Assembly: GCF_009914755.1 (NCBI RefSeq)
Contig: NC_060941.1
Length of the DNA: 64,000 nucleotides
Strand: one strand, 5' to 3'
Source of the DNA: the human T2T-CHM13v2.0 reference genome, Homo sapiens
Below are positions 58,814 to 64,000 of this stretch, piece after piece. The notes beneath the pieces are model-generated. The model searched no databases. It worked only from the letters and a program-made list of their open reading frames with translations, and was not told the origin of the DNA. A program made the position numbers and the translations under genes. The number at the start of each line of letters is the position of its first letter. Positions within the stretch are counted from its first letter, which is position 1.

Positions 58814-60013
58814 TTACTTGAGGGCAGCATCATTCTGAATTGGATCAAAGTTACTGAAATGTAATTAATCTTATTGTATAAACATGTCTTTCATCATTGT
58901 CCCTGTATAGAAACAATAAATGGAGAAAGAGGGTCAATAGTCTCTCCCTCCACAAAATTTTAAGTTCAGATCAAGGCAGAGAAGACATAAAACAATTATT
59001 TGAGTATTCCTAACTCTTTCTCACTTTAATCTGAGGTTTGTATATATGTCTGAGTAAGACTGGGAAACTAACCCCACCCAACCCTCAACACACACGTTGA
59101 AAATGAGATCTTCCAAAAGAGAATGAAAGAACTGAAAGAACTAACTACATATTATATACTTACTCTGTTCATAACCAAAATGTTTTCTTTGTTAATGTAT
59201 TCACTCGAATTCAATAGAGTGTTAAATTTGCCAGTAATTTTTATTTCTACGACAAACCATATTAATACACGACAAGACAGTATGACTTCAAAAAATGAGC
59301 CAAGAACTTAAATAGGTATTTCTCCAAAGAAGATATACCAATAAGCACATGAAAAGATGGTCAACATCATTAGTCACTAGGGAAATGTAAGTCAAAACCA
59401 CAATGAGATACCAATTCACATCCTCTAGGATAGCCATCTTTTTTTAAAAAAAATTTTTTTTGAGAGATGGGGTCTCTCATCTCTCATGCACGCCAGCATG
59501 GAGTGCAGTGTCATGATCACAGCGCACTGCAGCCTCAAACTCCTGGGCTTAAGGGATCCTCCCACTACAGGCTCCGGACTAGCTGGGACTACAGGAGCAT
59601 GCCACTGTATCCAACTGGCTTTCTAAAAAAAAAAAAGAAGAAGAAAAAGAAGAAGAAGAAAGAAAACAAAACAAAAAGGCTGAGTGCAATGTCTCACACC
59701 TGTAATTCCAGCACTTTGGGAGGATTGCTTGAGGCCAGAAGTTCAAGACCAGCCTGGGCAACACAGAAAGACCCTGTTTCTACAAAAAAAAAAAAATATA
59801 TATATATATATGTATGTATATATATACATACATATATATATATTTTTTTTTTTAAAGAAAGAAAAAGAGACTGGGTGTGGTGCCTGTAATCCCAGCACTT
59901 TGGGAGGCTGAGTGGGGAGGATCACTTGAAGCCAGGAGTTTGAGTATTCAGTAAGCTATGATCATGCCACTGTGGTCTACCAGTCTACGCTGGGCAGCAG
60001 AGCAAGATCCCAT

Positions 60014-60027
60014 CTCTCTCTCTCAAT

Positions 60028-60070
<43 letters not shown>

Positions 60071-60295
60071 CATATATATATATACACACACACATACAGT
60101 AATACATATATATAGTAATTTCAGATTACCATAGATTACTATATATAGATCTATACAGGGATATATAGATATATATAGATCTATAGATATATCTCCCTGT
60201 CTATATATAGAGATAGATATATATAGATAGATATACAGAGATAGATCTCTCTATATCTATTTATATCTATCTATATGTATATCTATAGAGAGAGA
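60014..60295. repeat. Compound (TC)n(TG)n(TA)n(TAGA)n low-complexity tract
   Basis: Direct read. Confidence 0.92.
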
Positions 60296-60886
60296 AATTT
60301 TAAAAAGAAAAAATAGGCTGGGTGCAGTGGCTCACGCCTGTAATCCTAGCACTTTGGGAGGCCGAGGCAGGCGGATTGCCTGAGCTCAGGAGTTCGAGAC
60401 CAGCCTGGGTAACATGGAAAAACCCTGTCTCTACTAAAAATACAAAAATTTAGCCAGGCGTGGTTGTGCGTGCCTGTAATCCCAGCTACTCGGGAGGCTG
60501 AGGCATGAAAATCCCTTGAACCTGGGAGGCAGAGGTTACAATGAACCAAGATCGTGCCACTCTACTCCAGGCTGGGTGACAGAGGGAGACTCTGTCTCAA
60601 AAAAAAAAAAAAAGAAAGAAAGAAAGAAAGAAAAAGAAAAAGAAAATAACAAGTGTTGGTGAGGATGTGGAGAAATGGGAACTCTCATGCATTGTTGGTG
60701 AGAATGTAAAATGGTGCAGCCACAGTGTAAAACATTTTGGAATTACTCAAGACATCGAATACAATTACCATATGTCCCAACAATACCACTCTTAGGTATA
60801 TACCCAAAATAATTGGAAAAAAAATTAATCAAATACTTGTACACCAATGTTTCTAGCAGTACTATGCACAATAGTGAAAAGTTGAG

Positions 60887-61486
<600 letters not shown>

Positions 61487-62089
61487 GGTGGAAACCACCC
61501 ATGTGTCCATAAACAGATGAATGCTTGAACAAAATGTGGTATATCCATACAATGGAACCTTAGTCAGCCATAAAAAGGAATGACATTCAGGTATATGCTA
61601 TAACATGAAGGAACCTTGATGACAAGGTTTATTTTACCTTAGTAAAATAAGCCAGGCACAAAAGGATAAATATTGTATGATTCCACTTATATATGGTACC
61701 TAGAGTAGTCAAATTCATAGAGATAGAAAGTAGAATGGTGGTTGCCAGAACTGGGAGAAGGGGGCATGGGGAATAATTATTTATGGGATGCTGCAGAGTT
61801 TCTGTTTGTGATTAATGAAGTTCTGAAACTGTAGAGCGGTCATGGTTACACAACATTATGAATGTGCTTAATGCCACTTAACCAAACACTTAAAAACGAC
61901 AAATCTTATGTATATTTTACTATAAAAATACATAAGGGGATTCATAGCTTTTCAAAATGCTTCTAGGGAGTATAGGAGAGGGGGAAAAAGCCAGTAGTCC
62001 TCAATGCAATGAGCCCTACACCAGCAACTTTAAGGCTGAGGCAGAGAAATGTAACTGTTAGAGCCACACCACCTGGTCAGCTTTTTTTA

Positions 62090-62100
62090 AGTGTGTGTGC

Positions 62101-62131
<31 letters not shown>

Positions 62132-62585
62132 CATGCACATTTTGTTTTTCCTTTTTGTGGAGCACTATATTCCCCAGGCAAATCTCAAACTCCTGGGCTC
62201 AATCTATCCTCCTGCCTTTGCTTCCCTAAATGCTGGGATTACAGGTGTGAGTCCAGCAGCTTTTTTTCTTTTCTTTCTTCCTTTTTTTTTTTTTTTTTTG
62301 AAACAGGGTCTTGCTCTGTTGCCCAGGCTGGAGTGTGATGGAGTGATTATGGCTCACTGCATCCTCCAACTCTCCAGCTCAGGCGATCCTCCCATCTCAG
62401 CCTCCCAAGTGCAGGTACCTGGGACTACAGGCACACACCACCACACCCAACTAATTGTTAATTTTTTTGTAGAGACGAAGTCTCCTTATGTTGCCCTGGC
62501 TGGGCAACTCCTGGGCTCAAGCAATCCTCCTGCCTCGGCCTCCCAAAGTGCTGGGATTACAGGCACGAGCCACTGCGCCCAGCCT
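62090..62585 (-). mobile_element. (GT)n plus antisense Alu fragment and AluJ (62262-62585)
   Basis: Consensus. Confidence 0.85.
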
Positions 62586-62910
62586 TGGTGAGCTTTCTGA
62601 ACTCAAAGCTGAGTAGAGACCTGAAGTAACTATCAGGACAATATGGGTCAATAAAACTCATCCTCCTACTTCCATTCGTGTCTGAGTTAAAACAGTATCT
62701 TCCACTTAAGTGCTCATTTCTCAAGTTTTGATTTTAAATATAAAAACAGCCTAAAGGTGCTTACTGTGTTTACTTCTTTTATATTTCAACTATCTGATTT
62801 TTTAGCAGTGTCTAGGGACAAAAACTAGCATTTCTCTGAGACCATCACATCCCCAATCTGACTGCTATGTGAATGGTTTGTTGGGTGCCTGGAATGGCTT
62901 GTTTATGTAA

Positions 62911-63702
<792 letters not shown>

Positions 63703-64000
63703 TCACAGCGAACTTTGTTCAAAAGTCACATTAACACTTAAATGCCTTAACCCGGACTGAAAGCCCGGGCTTAGGACACAGGGCAGTTCTCCCTCAAAAA
63801 GGGGTCTCCCAGCAACACCCAATCCACAAGTTGCTCCTCGCCCTCCCCAAACCGGTACAAGATATATCAGTCTCTGGGCAGCTCCAACGGATTCTGAAGC
63901 TACGGGAGGGACTAAGGAACAAATATGAAATGTCGGACAAATGAAATGTGCGCAACAGCTAGGTTTTGGAGGATAAGCCAGTTGCTGAGCGACTTCTCAA

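Overview
Primate (most likely human) genomic DNA with no supportable canonical protein-coding exon. It is very Alu-dense: roughly 90 Alu copies or fragments by eye, many with readable target-site duplications (TSDs). It also carries MIR, L2 and L1M relics, MaLR LTR pieces, hAT/mariner DNA-transposon fossils and one ERV1-class solo LTR (LTR1-like, 36771-37610). Two processed retrocopies are recognisable. The RPL7 pseudogene (~4232-5334) has ~115 central codons replaced by Alu sequence. The SMCO4 (C11orf75) retrocopy (~53110-54357) still has an intact 59-codon ORF, a polyA signal and a TSD, and sits in a chain of hAT elements. Almost all entries in the ORF track are Alu- or low-complexity-derived artefacts. 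Unique sequence shifts from GC-rich (left ~37 kb, with several enhancer-like motif islands) to AT-rich (right), and CpG-rich old Alu arms at the right edge suggest a nearby CpG-island promoter. From memory only, SMCO4P1 lies at 17q21.31 between FZD2 and MEIOC; this placement is unverified. I found no convincing new multi-gene system. The best leads are the intact SMCO4 retro-ORF, an unexplained ~118-bp dispersed duplication, and several rearrangement scars. Repeat family names come from recalled consensus sequences and boundaries are approximate.
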